Shown here: positions 47,957 through 58,333 of the stretch, piece after piece | How the letters are laid out: each line of letters starts with the position of its first letter | Position numbering within the stretch: position 1 is the stretch's first letter | Virus record (IMG/VR): IMGVR_UViG_3300033048_000096 | Length of the DNA: 64,000 nucleotides | Source of the DNA: a virus | Reading direction: 5' to 3' (one strand) | The notes under the pieces: model-generated | Told to the model about the DNA's origin: nothing | Database searches by the model: none | Seen by the model: the letters and a program-made list of their open reading frames with translations, nothing else | Made by a program: the position numbers and the translations under genes

Positions 47957-48307
47957 TTAATCTTTGTCGTCAGATATTTTGTCACCCTGAATTTGACGTC
48001 TCGCATATATCGAAAATTTAGAAACGTTGAATTTACAATCACAAGACTCACAGTCTACTCCAACTAAACTACTTCCAACTACCTTAGTCTCTACATTCTT
48101 TTCGCAAATAAGACATTCATACTTAAATGACTTCTTAGAATTATTTCTAACTATATCTCCAAGACTCTTCATGCTGGCTTTGGTGAACGGTGAAACCTTT
48201 AAGCATTCACCGCATAACTCACAAACTACTTCGTCTTTACTGACATCCAGAGATGCCGTTGTTGTTGATTTTTTTCCCGCACACCCCGGGTTGCAGTTGA
48301 TAAGCAT
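47957..48307 (-). CDS. Cys-rich zinc-ribbon protein
   Basis: CNPGC, CELC, CLIC, CESC. Confidence 0.6.
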   Translation of the reverse strand: MLINCNPGCAGKKSTTTASLDVSKDEVVCELCGECLKVSPFTKASMKSLGDIVRNNSKKSFKYECLICEKNVETKVVGSSLVGVDCESCDCKFNVSKFSIYARRQIQGDKISDDKD

Positions 48308-48322
48308 AAATATTCTCCCTCA

Positions 48323-49248
48323 TTAGTAGATTTCAAAGCGTAAACTCGCTCTAATTAATTTTTCTATATTGTTAAACTCAAAGTATGGTATTCTTAGTAG
48401 ACCAATACCGTTATCCTCGCAAAATTTATTCTTAATCTCATCTCTACGCTTCGTGCCAGCTAATGACTTCTCGGGATTTCTCCACCAGCCTCTGTAGTGC
48501 TGGATCCCATCATACTCGATACATAGATTGTAATCAGGCAAATAAAAATCAAATTTAAGTTTGCTCTTGTTAATGCATCCAGTGAATGTTTTCTGACAGA
48601 CAAACTCTATGTTTTGCCCCTTAAGTACTTCAAGCACTTTCTTCTCACCTCTACTGAGACTGCATTTGGGGCAGCCTGACCCGCTATAGTGATAGGCCGC
48701 AATCTGATGGAATATACCATGCTTCTTGCATATAATAGCGACTTCACTCTTATTCCCTGTGTAGTTGACCTCAGAGTAATCGTAAAGATCGCCGTGAATA
48801 GCTTTTACCTTAATTATAAATTCTTCTGTATTTGATCTTCTTGCCGAAGATATCCTATTTAATCCACACAGCTTACAACCTCGACCACCCAAATGAGACT
48901 TTGGAGATTGTAAAAATTCTCCATGAATTTTGCAAATTATAATTACCCTTAAATCAGAACTAATATAGTCAACCGCTGAGTAATCATAAATGAACTCATG
49001 AATAATGCCAGCCTTAGCTGCGAAGCAATCCTTGGAGGATGATAACTTTTTAGAGATCGCTTCTAACCCGCACTGATTGCATTTATATCCGCTAAGATGA
49101 TTATTCGGCCTCTGCCTATACTCACCATGATCGGGACATATTATAGTGACTTTTTTTTTGATCCCACATAATCAACCTTGGAATAATCATACTTGCTACC
49201 ATGAACCTTTATGGCGCGCTCTATGAAGATTTCTGTGGTAATCCGCAT
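48323..49248 (-). mobile_element. Homing-endonuclease-like gene (3 Zn modules + PD-(D/E)XK) interrupted by a frameshift at an A9 run
   Basis: ATG 49248 reads MRITTEIFIERAIKVHGSKYDYSKVDYVGSKK. A -1 shift at 49151..49159 continues KVTIICPDHGEY... in frame with the 48323..48892 ORF. Confidence 0.75.
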
Positions 49249-49250
49249 GC

Positions 49251-50405
49251 TTAGAACATTCCCTCAATAGTGTCGGGCATAATCATCTCCTCAATTACTT
49301 CGGTGCTATGATCGTTGTTCATATATTGCTCACGAATCTGACCCTCAAGCTCGCCCTTATTTTTCTCAATATATTCCAAAGCCAAACTCTTAGAGGTAAT
49401 GGAGTTTCCGTTAATTATATATGTACGATTATTTGGACGAGTTATTACCCCCTCCAAAACGCCCGTCTCTAAAATCTGCTCACTCACCATCGTCACTCCT
49501 CTAGTAAAGTCAATGAAAAACTCGGCCTTCTTATGAGGGCGGCCCAACTTATTCTTGTCAACCTTGATTCGAACTTTGTGTCCTATTTTTTCTTGGTTCG
49601 AATCTAGGATCATATTATCCACTCCTGACAGCGAGGATACCGAAAGCTTTACCGAGCATGCGTGTGATAACGCACTTCCACCTGGGGTCGATGTTCCGGC
49701 ATACATACCTATTCCAACTTTGAGATGATTGATGCCTACGAAGCATACATTTGATAGAGCAATTGCTGGTGTCAAGCTTTTAAGCTCTGCGGTCAAAAAC
49801 CTTGATAGGGTGGCGACATTTATTTTGCCAACTTCGCTTTGCGCCTCCTGCGGCACCTGCATGCTCGCTATTGAGTCGAGAACGATAATTCCCATTTTCC
49901 CCAAATTAAGCTCTATAGATTTCCCCCCGACCGTGTGCTTTATTATCTGACCAGCCTCAATCATTTTAAGTAGACCAGGTATTCTTATTACCTTCTTAGT
50001 TGTCTTATTAACCTTAGGGACCCCAAGCAGTCCCGTGAATATGGTTTTAGCGTCATTACTTTTAATCAAAAGAACTCGATCATTATCAATCCCTAACGAT
50101 GCTGCCCATACCGGATCATAGGTAAACTCGGCGTCAATAAAGCAGCAGCAATTCTTGGGATCTTTACTTTGCCACTCGACCATCGCTATTAAGGCTAAAA
50201 ACGTCTTCCCCGAACTCGGCTTCCCCGCTATTTGATATATCCTGCCGCGAGCCCAGCCGCCTACCTGCAGCGCTCTATCCAAAGCTGGAGAACGGGTAGT
50301 AAATGTCTCGACACTTTCCACTTGGTCGGGGTGCCTAGCTTCTCCCCCAAATAACTCGTTAATGCTCTTCCACGCAGCGGCTGATGTAATTAATTCTTTA
50401 GCCAT
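49251..50405 (-). CDS. recA: RecA/UvsX recombinase
   Basis: ALDRALQVGGWARGRI, GKPSSGKT, FIDAE, IVLDSIA, TPGGSAL, KNK. Confidence 0.9.
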   Translation of the reverse strand: MAKELITSAAAWKSINELFGGEARHPDQVESVETFTTRSPALDRALQVGGWARGRIYQIAGKPSSGKTFLALIAMVEWQSKDPKNCCCFIDAEFTYDPVWAASLGIDNDRVLLIKSNDAKTIFTGLLGVPKVNKTTKKVIRIPGLLKMIEAGQIIKHTVGGKSIELNLGKMGIIVLDSIASMQVPQEAQSEVGKINVATLSRFLTAELKSLTPAIALSNVCFVGINHLKVGIGMYAGTSTPGGSALSHACSVKLSVSSLSGVDNMILDSNQEKIGHKVRIKVDKNKLGRPHKKAEFFIDFTRGVTMVSEQILETGVLEGVITRPNNRTYIINGNSITSKSLALEYIEKNKGELEGQIREQYMNNDHSTEVIEEMIMPDTIEGMF

Positions 50406-50421
50406 TTAAAAACTCCTATTT

Positions 50422-52074
50422 TTAGTATTCGTGATTCAATCCACCATCCTTAGGGTCTCTGTAGCCCGCAGGTGGTTGCCAACCCGAAACTTGATTCGGA
50501 TTATCTACAATTATCGCATCAGTGGTAATTAGCAGTTGCGCTATGCTAGTCGCGTTGCTTAAGGCCACACGCGTTACCTTCTTGGGATCTATGATACCCA
50601 TTTCTATTAAGTCTCCAAATTCTCCCGTACTAGTATTATACCCCTCCGCCATTTCCTTACCCACATTTTTTAAGATAATTTCCGGGTCCAGCCCGGCATT
50701 TTTGATAATCTGCCTCGCGGGCGCTCTAGCCGCCTCTGTGAGGACTCTGGCCGCCTCATGCCACTCAGGTACGGCTTCTAGCTCAAGTCTCGCCTCAAGG
50801 CGCTCTGCGGCCCTCCAGAGGGCAAATCCTCCACCCACAAGGAAGCCTTCTTCTATAGCCGCCTTTACCGCAAACATTGCATCCTCAACACGATCCCCTA
50901 GCTCTCGTAACTGAAGGTCCGTAGAATACCCAACTGTTATGACAGCAACCTTGCTTTTTAGAAACCCGACTCGGTCTGTAATACTTATCCTGTCAGCATC
51001 CCCTAAGGTTCTGGATAAGTTCTCCTCATATAGTCTTATGCGGTCATTGACCATTTCTGTATTTTTTCTGGGATCAATTATCTTAGTTTGAAAACTATTT
51101 ATCTCTATTTTTTTAGCAAAGCCTAGATCACTAATTTTAAAGTCTGCGAATTGTAACCCCTCGTCACCTCCCATTATGGTGGCGTCTGTTAATGATGACA
51201 GATCTTCGAGCCATCTATTCGCATGTCTTTTGAATTTTGGAATTTTTATGGCGCACACATTCATTCTTCCTTGGACGAAGTTATGGGCGAAAAATGCGAG
51301 ACCCTCTTTTTTCATATCCTGACAGATGATTAGGATGTCTTTTTGTAAATCAGCTATCTTTTGTATGGCAGCAGAGAAATCGGTATCCGCGACATTTAAT
51401 ATTTCAAAATCACATATGAGCACTACCGCATTCTTAAGATCTCTCTTGGCTTGACCCTTTTCCAAGAAGTGTCTCGATATGTATCCTGACTCCAACTCTA
51501 TTCCGTCAACCACTCTGAACGAATGAGGAACTCCAGGGGCGGCCTCGGCGCTAACCATACCCTCTCTATCTACCGCAATATATGCTCCAGCAATTACTTT
51601 TCCAAGCACCTCATCGTTATTGGTCGATATTGTCGCTACATCTATCAGAGATTGATCATCGTTAATCTCGTGAGTCATTAAGGATAACTCATTAATCATG
51701 GCTTTTTGAGCCCAATCTATTCCGTCCCGGAAGTGTATTGGATTATATCCGGAGTTTATTAACTTCAGCCCCTCTTTGAATATCGAATAAGTCAATACCG
51801 TAGCTGTAGTTGTACCGTCGCCGGCTATAGCCGCTGTGCGGCCCGCAGCCTCTTTTACTAGCTGACACCCCAACTCCTCTATAGGATCGTCGAGAACCAC
51901 CTCTCTGGCCACGGATACGCCATCTTTTGATATCACTGGCGCCCCGATAGTTTTGCCTATGATAACATTCCTGCCTCTTGGCCCCATAGTAACTGCGACT
52001 ATATCTGATAACTTTTTAACACCGTCAAGTACTTTTTGCCTAGCCTCATTGCCGTAAATCATTATCTTGCCCAT
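50422..52074 (-). CDS. groEL: Phage chaperonin GroEL
   Basis: VTMGPRGRNV, KDGVSVAREV, AGDGTTTATVL, GIIDPKKVTR. Confidence 0.95.
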   Translation of the reverse strand: MGKIMIYGNEARQKVLDGVKKLSDIVAVTMGPRGRNVIIGKTIGAPVISKDGVSVAREVVLDDPIEELGCQLVKEAAGRTAAIAGDGTTTATVLTYSIFKEGLKLINSGYNPIHFRDGIDWAQKAMINELSLMTHEINDDQSLIDVATISTNNDEVLGKVIAGAYIAVDREGMVSAEAAPGVPHSFRVVDGIELESGYISRHFLEKGQAKRDLKNAVVLICDFEILNVADTDFSAAIQKIADLQKDILIICQDMKKEGLAFFAHNFVQGRMNVCAIKIPKFKRHANRWLEDLSSLTDATIMGGDEGLQFADFKISDLGFAKKIEINSFQTKIIDPRKNTEMVNDRIRLYEENLSRTLGDADRISITDRVGFLKSKVAVITVGYSTDLQLRELGDRVEDAMFAVKAAIEEGFLVGGGFALWRAAERLEARLELEAVPEWHEAARVLTEAARAPARQIIKNAGLDPEIILKNVGKEMAEGYNTSTGEFGDLIEMGIIDPKKVTRVALSNATSIAQLLITTDAIIVDNPNQVSGWQPPAGYRDPKDGGLNHEY

Positions 52075-52091
52075 CTTATCTCTCCCTGAGT

Positions 52092-52358
52092 TTATTTAAT
52101 TTTTCTAAATTTAGCCATATTGAAAATTATAACATCTTTAATTTCGCTTAAGGATTTATCTAATATATCTTCTATCGTATATGGCTCGTTAAATTTCACT
52201 AGAGGGCATTCTTCGTTGTAATCACAAAAATAATCATCTCTATCTCTTATTCTAAGCCATATACCTTCATCCACAACAAACTTTACTTTATTAAACGTAA
52301 CCAAAGTATACAAGAGTTTTTCAGAGGCAGATCTAATTTCGTTTATTTTATAATCCAT
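52092..52358 (-). CDS. Hypothetical protein
   Basis: 88 aa within the operon. Confidence 0.55.
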   Translation of the reverse strand: MDYKINEIRSASEKLLYTLVTFNKVKFVVDEGIWLRIRDRDDYFCDYNEECPLVKFNEPYTIEDILDKSLSEIKDVIIFNMAKFRKIK

Positions 52359-52360
52359 AA

Positions 52361-52897
52361 CTATCTATTCTCCAGGTAGTACCCAATGGCAACTATAATT
52401 GCGTCGGCCTCGTCATAATGCTCTGTCTTTACGTTACCGACCCTATTGTTTGTCGTTATGAAGTTTTTGAAATATTTCTTACAGAAGGCTAGGACGTCAT
52501 CTTTATCCTTGATGTCTTCTTTGTATTCTTCTTTGACTAATTTTCTAAGAGTTCTTACAGGAATTCTTACCGGCTTCTTGTTTAATATCTTATAAGTTGA
52601 TAGGCCGCACACTTCGTTAAATGAAGCCAAAACCAATATTGTGTTTGCGCTACTCCTACCTGCAGAAAATTTCTTTGCATAATCTTCTATGACAACAATA
52701 TCTGGTTTTGCGCCCAACGTTAATTTTTTTATCTCTTCGAATGCAAAATCCAGTCTTAACGAAAAATTATCTTTCGACTTCTTTTTGCTTGGCGGTTTTA
52801 TATTCCCATATTCAAGAAGCGATATGCCTTTATCACTTACTTCCATTAAGCTCCATCCTATAACTGCGGATGAAATATCTAATCCAAGTATTTTCAT
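52361..52897 (-). CDS. ruvC: RuvC-like Holliday junction resolvase
   Basis: MKILGLDIS...IGW, PDIVVIED, DEADAIIVA; start at 52897 with GGAG RBS. Confidence 0.8.
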   Translation of the reverse strand: MKILGLDISSAVIGWSLMEVSDKGISLLEYGNIKPPSKKKSKDNFSLRLDFAFEEIKKLTLGAKPDIVVIEDYAKKFSAGRSSANTILVLASFNEVCGLSTYKILNKKPVRIPVRTLRKLVKEEYKEDIKDKDDVLAFCKKYFKNFITTNNRVGNVKTEHYDEADAIIVAIGYYLENR

Positions 52898-52924
52898 AAT
52901 TTCTCCGGTACGATAAATTATACC

Positions 52925-52963
52925 AAAAAAAGCCCTGACATACAATTAAAATGTATGTCAGGG
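52925..52963 (-). terminator. Rho-independent terminator after SSB
   Basis: CCCTGACATACA...TGTATGTCAGGG inverted repeat followed by a T-run on the minus strand. Confidence 0.85.
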
Positions 52964-52983
52964 TCTTAGACACTTATACGCTC

Positions 52984-53598
52984 TTAGCCCTTGAAGACGA
53001 ACAAACCTTCATCAACATCGCCTGAATCTGCTGACGGACTTTCACTCCATCCCATAAGCTCACGTACAGAGTCAGGCTCTGCCGGCTGAGTAAGCTTAGA
53101 TACATCCATTCTATCATTGAAGCTCTCGTAAGCATCTTTGAATGACGCCTCAAGATCTGACTTTGGACGAGGAGTAACTCTATAAAGGGGTTGCTGACCG
53201 GGAGAACCACGATCGATGGTTACGTCGTAAGTTGTAACCGGACCCCAATCCTCATCAAGATACAGATTCTTAATACCGTTGAAGATTTGGCTGCCTATCT
53301 CTAGGAGCTTGAACTGACCGTCTGCACGATCGAGAACTTTAACCATCCAACGAGCCTTGCGGCCAAAGCCAGCATCACCTAACCTTCTGACCAGATTCGC
53401 GTCAGATATCGGACTATTGACCTTTCTCTTTTTTCCATCTGGAGTATCTAACCAGTGGATGTAGAATTGAACGGGATTTCCCATAACTCTAACACGGCTT
53501 TTGCCTTGCTCAAGACGCATGAAGTCATTTCTTTGAGAGCTGCCATCGCTGACATCACCCGAGTTCCAATCAATCTCTCCGAATACTACTTTAGACAT
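52984..53598 (-). CDS. Single-stranded DNA-binding protein (gp32-like OB fold)
   Basis: FMRLEQG..RVRV, VLDRADGQFKLLEIG..IF, YDVTIDR...YRV; acidic tail; AGGAG RBS. Confidence 0.7.
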   Translation of the reverse strand: MSKVVFGEIDWNSGDVSDGSSQRNDFMRLEQGKSRVRVMGNPVQFYIHWLDTPDGKKRKVNSPISDANLVRRLGDAGFGRKARWMVKVLDRADGQFKLLEIGSQIFNGIKNLYLDEDWGPVTTYDVTIDRGSPGQQPLYRVTPRPKSDLEASFKDAYESFNDRMDVSKLTQPAEPDSVRELMGWSESPSADSGDVDEGLFVFKG

Positions 53599-53701
53599 AC
53601 TTTATCTCCTAGTTGTTAGAGCCCTTTCGATTTAAATTATGGTAATTTACCAAAGAATATCTTTACGGGCTCACTTGTTGTTGTTGTTGTTAAGGTTGAA
53701 G

Positions 53702-54262
53702 CTATTCGCTCCAGTTCATATCGCCACGAGTCTCATCACTCTCTTCATCTGAATTCGGCTCACGGACACCCGAATCCACACTACCATTATACCCCATCTG
53801 GCTAAAATTACCAAGTTTTTCTAGGCCATAATCCCTTTTAATGAATGTCTTGAAAGCATAGTGCCAATGCTCAAAATGCTTAGCTTTATTCTCTAACCAC
53901 CTCTTTGCTGCCTTAGCTATCGCAACCTCATTGCAAGCCTCTATATATTCATCGTCTGCTTGCGCAAACCACTCCCTATTCTTTACCGTCTTGTAACCAG
54001 CTGCACTCGCTTTAACTAGAGCAGCCTCTGTCCAAGCCTTATTTTTTTGACTCTCTTTTATACTCGTCCATCTATCAACCTTCGCTATATGCTCTTGACA
54101 TATGTTTTGGGCATGAAGAGTCATGACCAAACCTCTTTCTGCTATATTAACATCCATCACGCCATTAGATGGTAACCAGTCAAACACACTGTCAATCTCG
54201 GTTGTGTTCATATCCTCTATTGAGAATGAGTCTAAATTAATTCTATCACGAAATGTACTCAT
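53702..54262 (-). CDS. Helical protein, possibly UvsY-like recombination mediator
   Basis: AQADDEYIEA...AKAAKRWLENK helical motif; located between DnaE and SSB. Confidence 0.35.
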   Translation of the reverse strand: MSTFRDRINLDSFSIEDMNTTEIDSVFDWLPSNGVMDVNIAERGLVMTLHAQNICQEHIAKVDRWTSIKESQKNKAWTEAALVKASAAGYKTVKNREWFAQADDEYIEACNEVAIAKAAKRWLENKAKHFEHWHYAFKTFIKRDYGLEKLGNFSQMGYNGSVDSGVREPNSDEESDETRGDMNWSE

Positions 54263-54270
54263 ATTTAACC

Positions 54271-54561
54271 CTATACCCTTTCTTCTAATTTCAGAAGTCT
54301 ATCTTCCAAGCTCTCCATTCTTAACATCCAATTATCAAACCTTCTCAATCTCTGATTAAACATTAAATTTAAGAAGAAAAATATTAAGATCGTTGCAGTG
54401 GGACTTGACTGAGTTGGCATAACAGACACTATCCTGCCAGCATCGTTAGTTTTAAACAAACCAATGAACGCTTCCTTCCCGAATGATTTTTCTAACTGAA
54501 TATAATACTCATATTCCTCATTGCTTATCTCAAGCCTCTGATTCGCTATGGCTCTTATCAT
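54271..54561 (-). CDS. Hypothetical protein
   Basis: 96 aa, ATGA overlap. Confidence 0.55.
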   Translation of the reverse strand: MIRAIANQRLEISNEEYEYYIQLEKSFGKEAFIGLFKTNDAGRIVSVMPTQSSPTATILIFFFLNLMFNQRLRRFDNWMLRMESLEDRLLKLEERV

Positions 54562-55061
54562 GACCTGCTTACACCCCTAAATCCATTGCCGCGCCTAGCA
54601 GGCGCTTTCCCCATGTTGGGGTTACTGAGCAGCTGCTGCTCTCTAAGCTTCTTTAGTCTGTCAGCCTTGCTGAATATCTCTTCACTAACCACTTCGCCAT
54701 CGTTTGTTAGCTTAGCTATTTCATCCTCAAGCTCTTCCTCAATCTCTCTCTTTACAGCATCTATTTTCGGATTCGGACCTTCGAGTTCTTTTGAACTTAA
54801 ATTTGCAATCCCATCATCTATTAATGATTTTCCGATTCCACTCTTAAACTCATTAAATATAAATAAAGATATGTCATAGCTCAACTCTTCCGTTAACTTT
54901 CCCGAGAACCTCTCCGCGGACAACCTCTGCCGGATCATACTTATTAGATTGGTATCTCTATTTGAAAACAGACTCGACCCGCAAGATGGGCATGAGTTTT
55001 GCATTAATGCAAACTTCATTAATTCGTTCACCGAAAATCCGCACTCACTGCACTGTATCAT
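54558..55061 (-). CDS. Zinc-ribbon hypothetical protein
   Basis: MIQCSECG...CPSCG; ATGA overlap with dnaE. Confidence 0.6.
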   Translation of the reverse strand: MIQCSECGFSVNELMKFALMQNSCPSCGSSLFSNRDTNLISMIRQRLSAERFSGKLTEELSYDISLFIFNEFKSGIGKSLIDDGIANLSSKELEGPNPKIDAVKREIEEELEDEIAKLTNDGEVVSEEIFSKADRLKKLREQQLLSNPNMGKAPARRGNGFRGVSRS

Positions 55062-58000
55062 ATCTCCCTCCCTAATACTCTCTCAAGGACTGACAGAGAC
55101 AGGCCTTTTTGTCCCATATACTCATCCACCTTGCATATTGCTTTAATTGGCAACCCATCTTTTAATACTAAATTATATCTCTCATAATCTTTTTGCCATA
55201 CAGTCATCTCCGTAGTCGCTCCGGACGCGTCTTCTACTAGATATTTAGCAAACTTCTTACCTATATTTCTTCCTCGCTTAATCTTAAGCTCTTTAACTTT
55301 CATATTTATTATGACCTCAATCTTTATATTGTCGCCCTCATGGAGATTATTTAAACTATTTAGAGGGGTTATGTTTGGTCTGTTAGTGAAGAACCCAGCA
55401 AATACCTCATGAAGAGAGCCGCTTATCGTGCGACCAAGAACTTCCCTCTCTGCGATTAAGAACTCCTTCCTCTCCCATTCTATATCATACCTTGGCAATT
55501 TGATATCATCAATAGTTTTTTCCTTCTTTTTTTCCTTGCTAACCTTAGTTCTGTATTCTGAGTAATTATCGAATATATCCTTCCTTGTCCTGTTTAGAGA
55601 CCTAAATGCTCCGGCCTTAGCCATAGCTTGGATTACTCTTTTATTTATCACTCTACCGTTAGTTCTGAAGAAAAAATCTTCCAATGAAACAAATGGCTGC
55701 AATGACATTAATTCGGAAATTGCTCTCTCTCCAACGCCCTTCATCGCGGTAAGCCCAGTTGCTATCTCTCTATCACCAGTGATCACATAATTACCCCTAC
55801 TTGTATTAACATCGGGCGGAGTTATGCTTAGCCCCATAACAGAACAAACATTTATATACTCCATTGATTTATCACTATTGGAATCTTCGCCGTTTAACAA
55901 AGCACACATAAATTCTGTAGGGTAATGACATTTTATCCATGCCGTATAATATGATATATGTGAATACGCCACTGCATGCGCCAAGTTAAATCCATATAAA
56001 CCAAACGGCTCTATCTCTTCTTTCCATATTTCTTTCGCTTTTCTATAAGTCATTCCCGAATGCTTCATGCAATCCTCCACAAATGATGACTCAGTTCTCT
56101 TAACCAATTCGGGATCTTTTCCCTTCAATTTAGTAATCTTTCTTAACGCATCAGCCTGATTAAGATCCCACCCTGCGCAATCCTTAGCTATAATCATCAT
56201 ACCTTCTTCGTACAACGAAATACCGAGTGTGCTTTCTAATGCCCTTTTAAGGTTCGGATGCCTATAAGTTACCGCATCTAAATTATACTTTCTCCTAATA
56301 AAAGCATTTCTCTCCGCTGGTGAGCACGATGGTCTTCCTAATGCATTTATATCCGCAATCTCCTTTATGCTCTTAGGTTTGATTTTCACACATAAGGGCG
56401 TAAGTGAAGATTCTAACTGAAATACTCCTGCAGTCTCTCCTCTACCAATCATGTCAAATGTTTCCTTATCCTGAAGAGGCATATTATCTCTGGTTATTTT
56501 ATCTTTACGGGATAAATTTACCATATCAAGTGCGTCATCAATCACATCAAGCGTTTTTAAACCTAGGATATCCATCTTTATATATCCAAAGTTTTCAGTT
56601 CTGTTCTTTTCCCACTGGACGACCATATTTCCTTCCTTGTCAATTCTGACAGGAGCGTTGTTATAAATAGGTTCTATTCCTATTATCACGCCAGCCGCAT
56701 GCGTAGACCAATTTCTCGTTATACCTTGTAGCTTAGATGAGTACTTATATAGATCAGGATACTTTTTCATGTAGCCCGCAAAAGCTTTGCTCTCATCTAT
56801 GTTATTCTCTATAGTCTTCGAATCAGACATTGATGATGTTATGCTGTTGGATATCTGAAAAGCAGTCTTTTTACTGCCACCTAGCTCCAAACTTCTAGCA
56901 ACATCCTTTATAGTTACCTTAGGGGATAAAGTAGACCAATTACTTATATAAGCAACCTTCTCTCTTCCATATTTACTCTTGAGATATTCCTTGATCATAT
57001 TTTTATTTCTCTTTGAGAAATCTAGGTCGATATCCGGGTATGACTTTTTTGATGTATTATGAAATCTCTCAAAGAATAAACCATACTCGATCGGATCAAC
57101 CGAAGTTATTCCTAACAGGAAGGCGACCAATGAACCGACCACACTTCCTCTGCCAGGCCCTGCAGAGACTCCGTTATTTTTTCCCCACGTTGTGTAGTCA
57201 GACACGATTAACATATATGATGAGAAATTTCTTAACTCCAAAACATTGATCTCCGTCTGGATACGTTCCCACCTAGCCTTTAACTCATCCTTCGGTAGAC
57301 CGGAGAATTTATTCTTAAAACTAACTATGCACTTATATCTTAAATATGCTTTATCTTCAGGCATACCTACACTGTTCTTTTCAAACCAGGCTCTGAAATC
57401 TAAATAATCATCCTGATCCTTTACCGGAAACCTGGGCAGCGTCGGACCAAGAGGCTCAAGATAGCTCGGGTTATCACATGCGTCAAATATCTTCATGGAA
57501 TTTTGCATGCCAATTTCGCTAACCTCTTTGCCAAAAAAATCTGTGATTTCATGACTTGGCTTCAAATACATATCCTGGACGCCATACCTAAACCTATCTG
57601 GATCTGAAAAACTTTTCTTAGACTTTATGCTCAACATGAAGTCATGAACCTGCGCCATTTCCTTATTTCTGTAATGAGCGTCACAAGTGATCACGAATGG
57701 TATATTTAAATCCTTGGAGTACTTAACCAAGGCTTCGTTCAGCTTTACTTGGTTAACTTCCTTTCCGTCTTTATTTACATGGACTAAGTTGTGCGGCTGA
57801 ATTTCGAGAAAAAAACGATCCTTGAATATAGACTGAAATTTGGAAATAATAGACAGAGCCTTTACTTCATCTCTGTCAGAAATTAACGTCTTAGATATTA
57901 TCCCACTAGAACATGCGGTTAGAGCAAAAACACCCTTATTGTAGAGCTTTAAATGTTCCCAGCCAATACGAGGGGTTCTCTTACCCATGTACCCTGATGA

Positions 58001-58333
58001 TTGATTTTTATTCGCTTCATAATTTAGTCTTAATATGTTTTTATAACCTTCTTTGTTTTGTGCCAGAAGGACTAGGTGATAAGACTTCTTCTTCGTGAAA
58101 TCATCAGTAAAGTAAAACTCACAGCCAGGTATTAACTTTACTCCAGTCTTTTTTGACATCTCCCAGGCATCATATATTCCCGCCATACTCCCGTGATCTG
58201 TTAGGGCCACTCCAGCGTGCCCAGCCTCCTGAGAACCTATGAACAAATCCTCCATGGAGTTTAGCCCATCTAGAGGTGAACCCATGAATGAGTGATTGTG
58301 TAGGGAAATTAATTTCCCACCAGATTTTGACAT
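55058..58333 (-). CDS. dnaE: DNA polymerase III alpha subunit (family C) with PHP domain
   Basis: HNHS...LDG, TDHG, HLVLLA, DAHY, GPGRGS, LFFERF, PDIDLDF, HAAGV, KMDILGL, YGFNLAHAVAY; start MSKSGG at 58333. Confidence 0.95.
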   Translation of the reverse strand: MSKSGGKLISLHNHSFMGSPLDGLNSMEDLFIGSQEAGHAGVALTDHGSMAGIYDAWEMSKKTGVKLIPGCEFYFTDDFTKKKSYHLVLLAQNKEGYKNILRLNYEANKNQSSGYMGKRTPRIGWEHLKLYNKGVFALTACSSGIISKTLISDRDEVKALSIISKFQSIFKDRFFLEIQPHNLVHVNKDGKEVNQVKLNEALVKYSKDLNIPFVITCDAHYRNKEMAQVHDFMLSIKSKKSFSDPDRFRYGVQDMYLKPSHEITDFFGKEVSEIGMQNSMKIFDACDNPSYLEPLGPTLPRFPVKDQDDYLDFRAWFEKNSVGMPEDKAYLRYKCIVSFKNKFSGLPKDELKARWERIQTEINVLELRNFSSYMLIVSDYTTWGKNNGVSAGPGRGSVVGSLVAFLLGITSVDPIEYGLFFERFHNTSKKSYPDIDLDFSKRNKNMIKEYLKSKYGREKVAYISNWSTLSPKVTIKDVARSLELGGSKKTAFQISNSITSSMSDSKTIENNIDESKAFAGYMKKYPDLYKYSSKLQGITRNWSTHAAGVIIGIEPIYNNAPVRIDKEGNMVVQWEKNRTENFGYIKMDILGLKTLDVIDDALDMVNLSRKDKITRDNMPLQDKETFDMIGRGETAGVFQLESSLTPLCVKIKPKSIKEIADINALGRPSCSPAERNAFIRRKYNLDAVTYRHPNLKRALESTLGISLYEEGMMIIAKDCAGWDLNQADALRKITKLKGKDPELVKRTESSFVEDCMKHSGMTYRKAKEIWKEEIEPFGLYGFNLAHAVAYSHISYYTAWIKCHYPTEFMCALLNGEDSNSDKSMEYINVCSVMGLSITPPDVNTSRGNYVITGDREIATGLTAMKGVGERAISELMSLQPFVSLEDFFFRTNGRVINKRVIQAMAKAGAFRSLNRTRKDIFDNYSEYRTKVSKEKKKEKTIDDIKLPRYDIEWERKEFLIAEREVLGRTISGSLHEVFAGFFTNRPNITPLNSLNNLHEGDNIKIEVIINMKVKELKIKRGRNIGKKFAKYLVEDASGATTEMTVWQKDYERYNLVLKDGLPIKAICKVDEYMGQKGLSLSVLERVLGREI

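Noticed and set aside
53675-53692. (GTT)n microsatellite upstream of SSB
   Set aside because: Short simple repeat with no supportable function.
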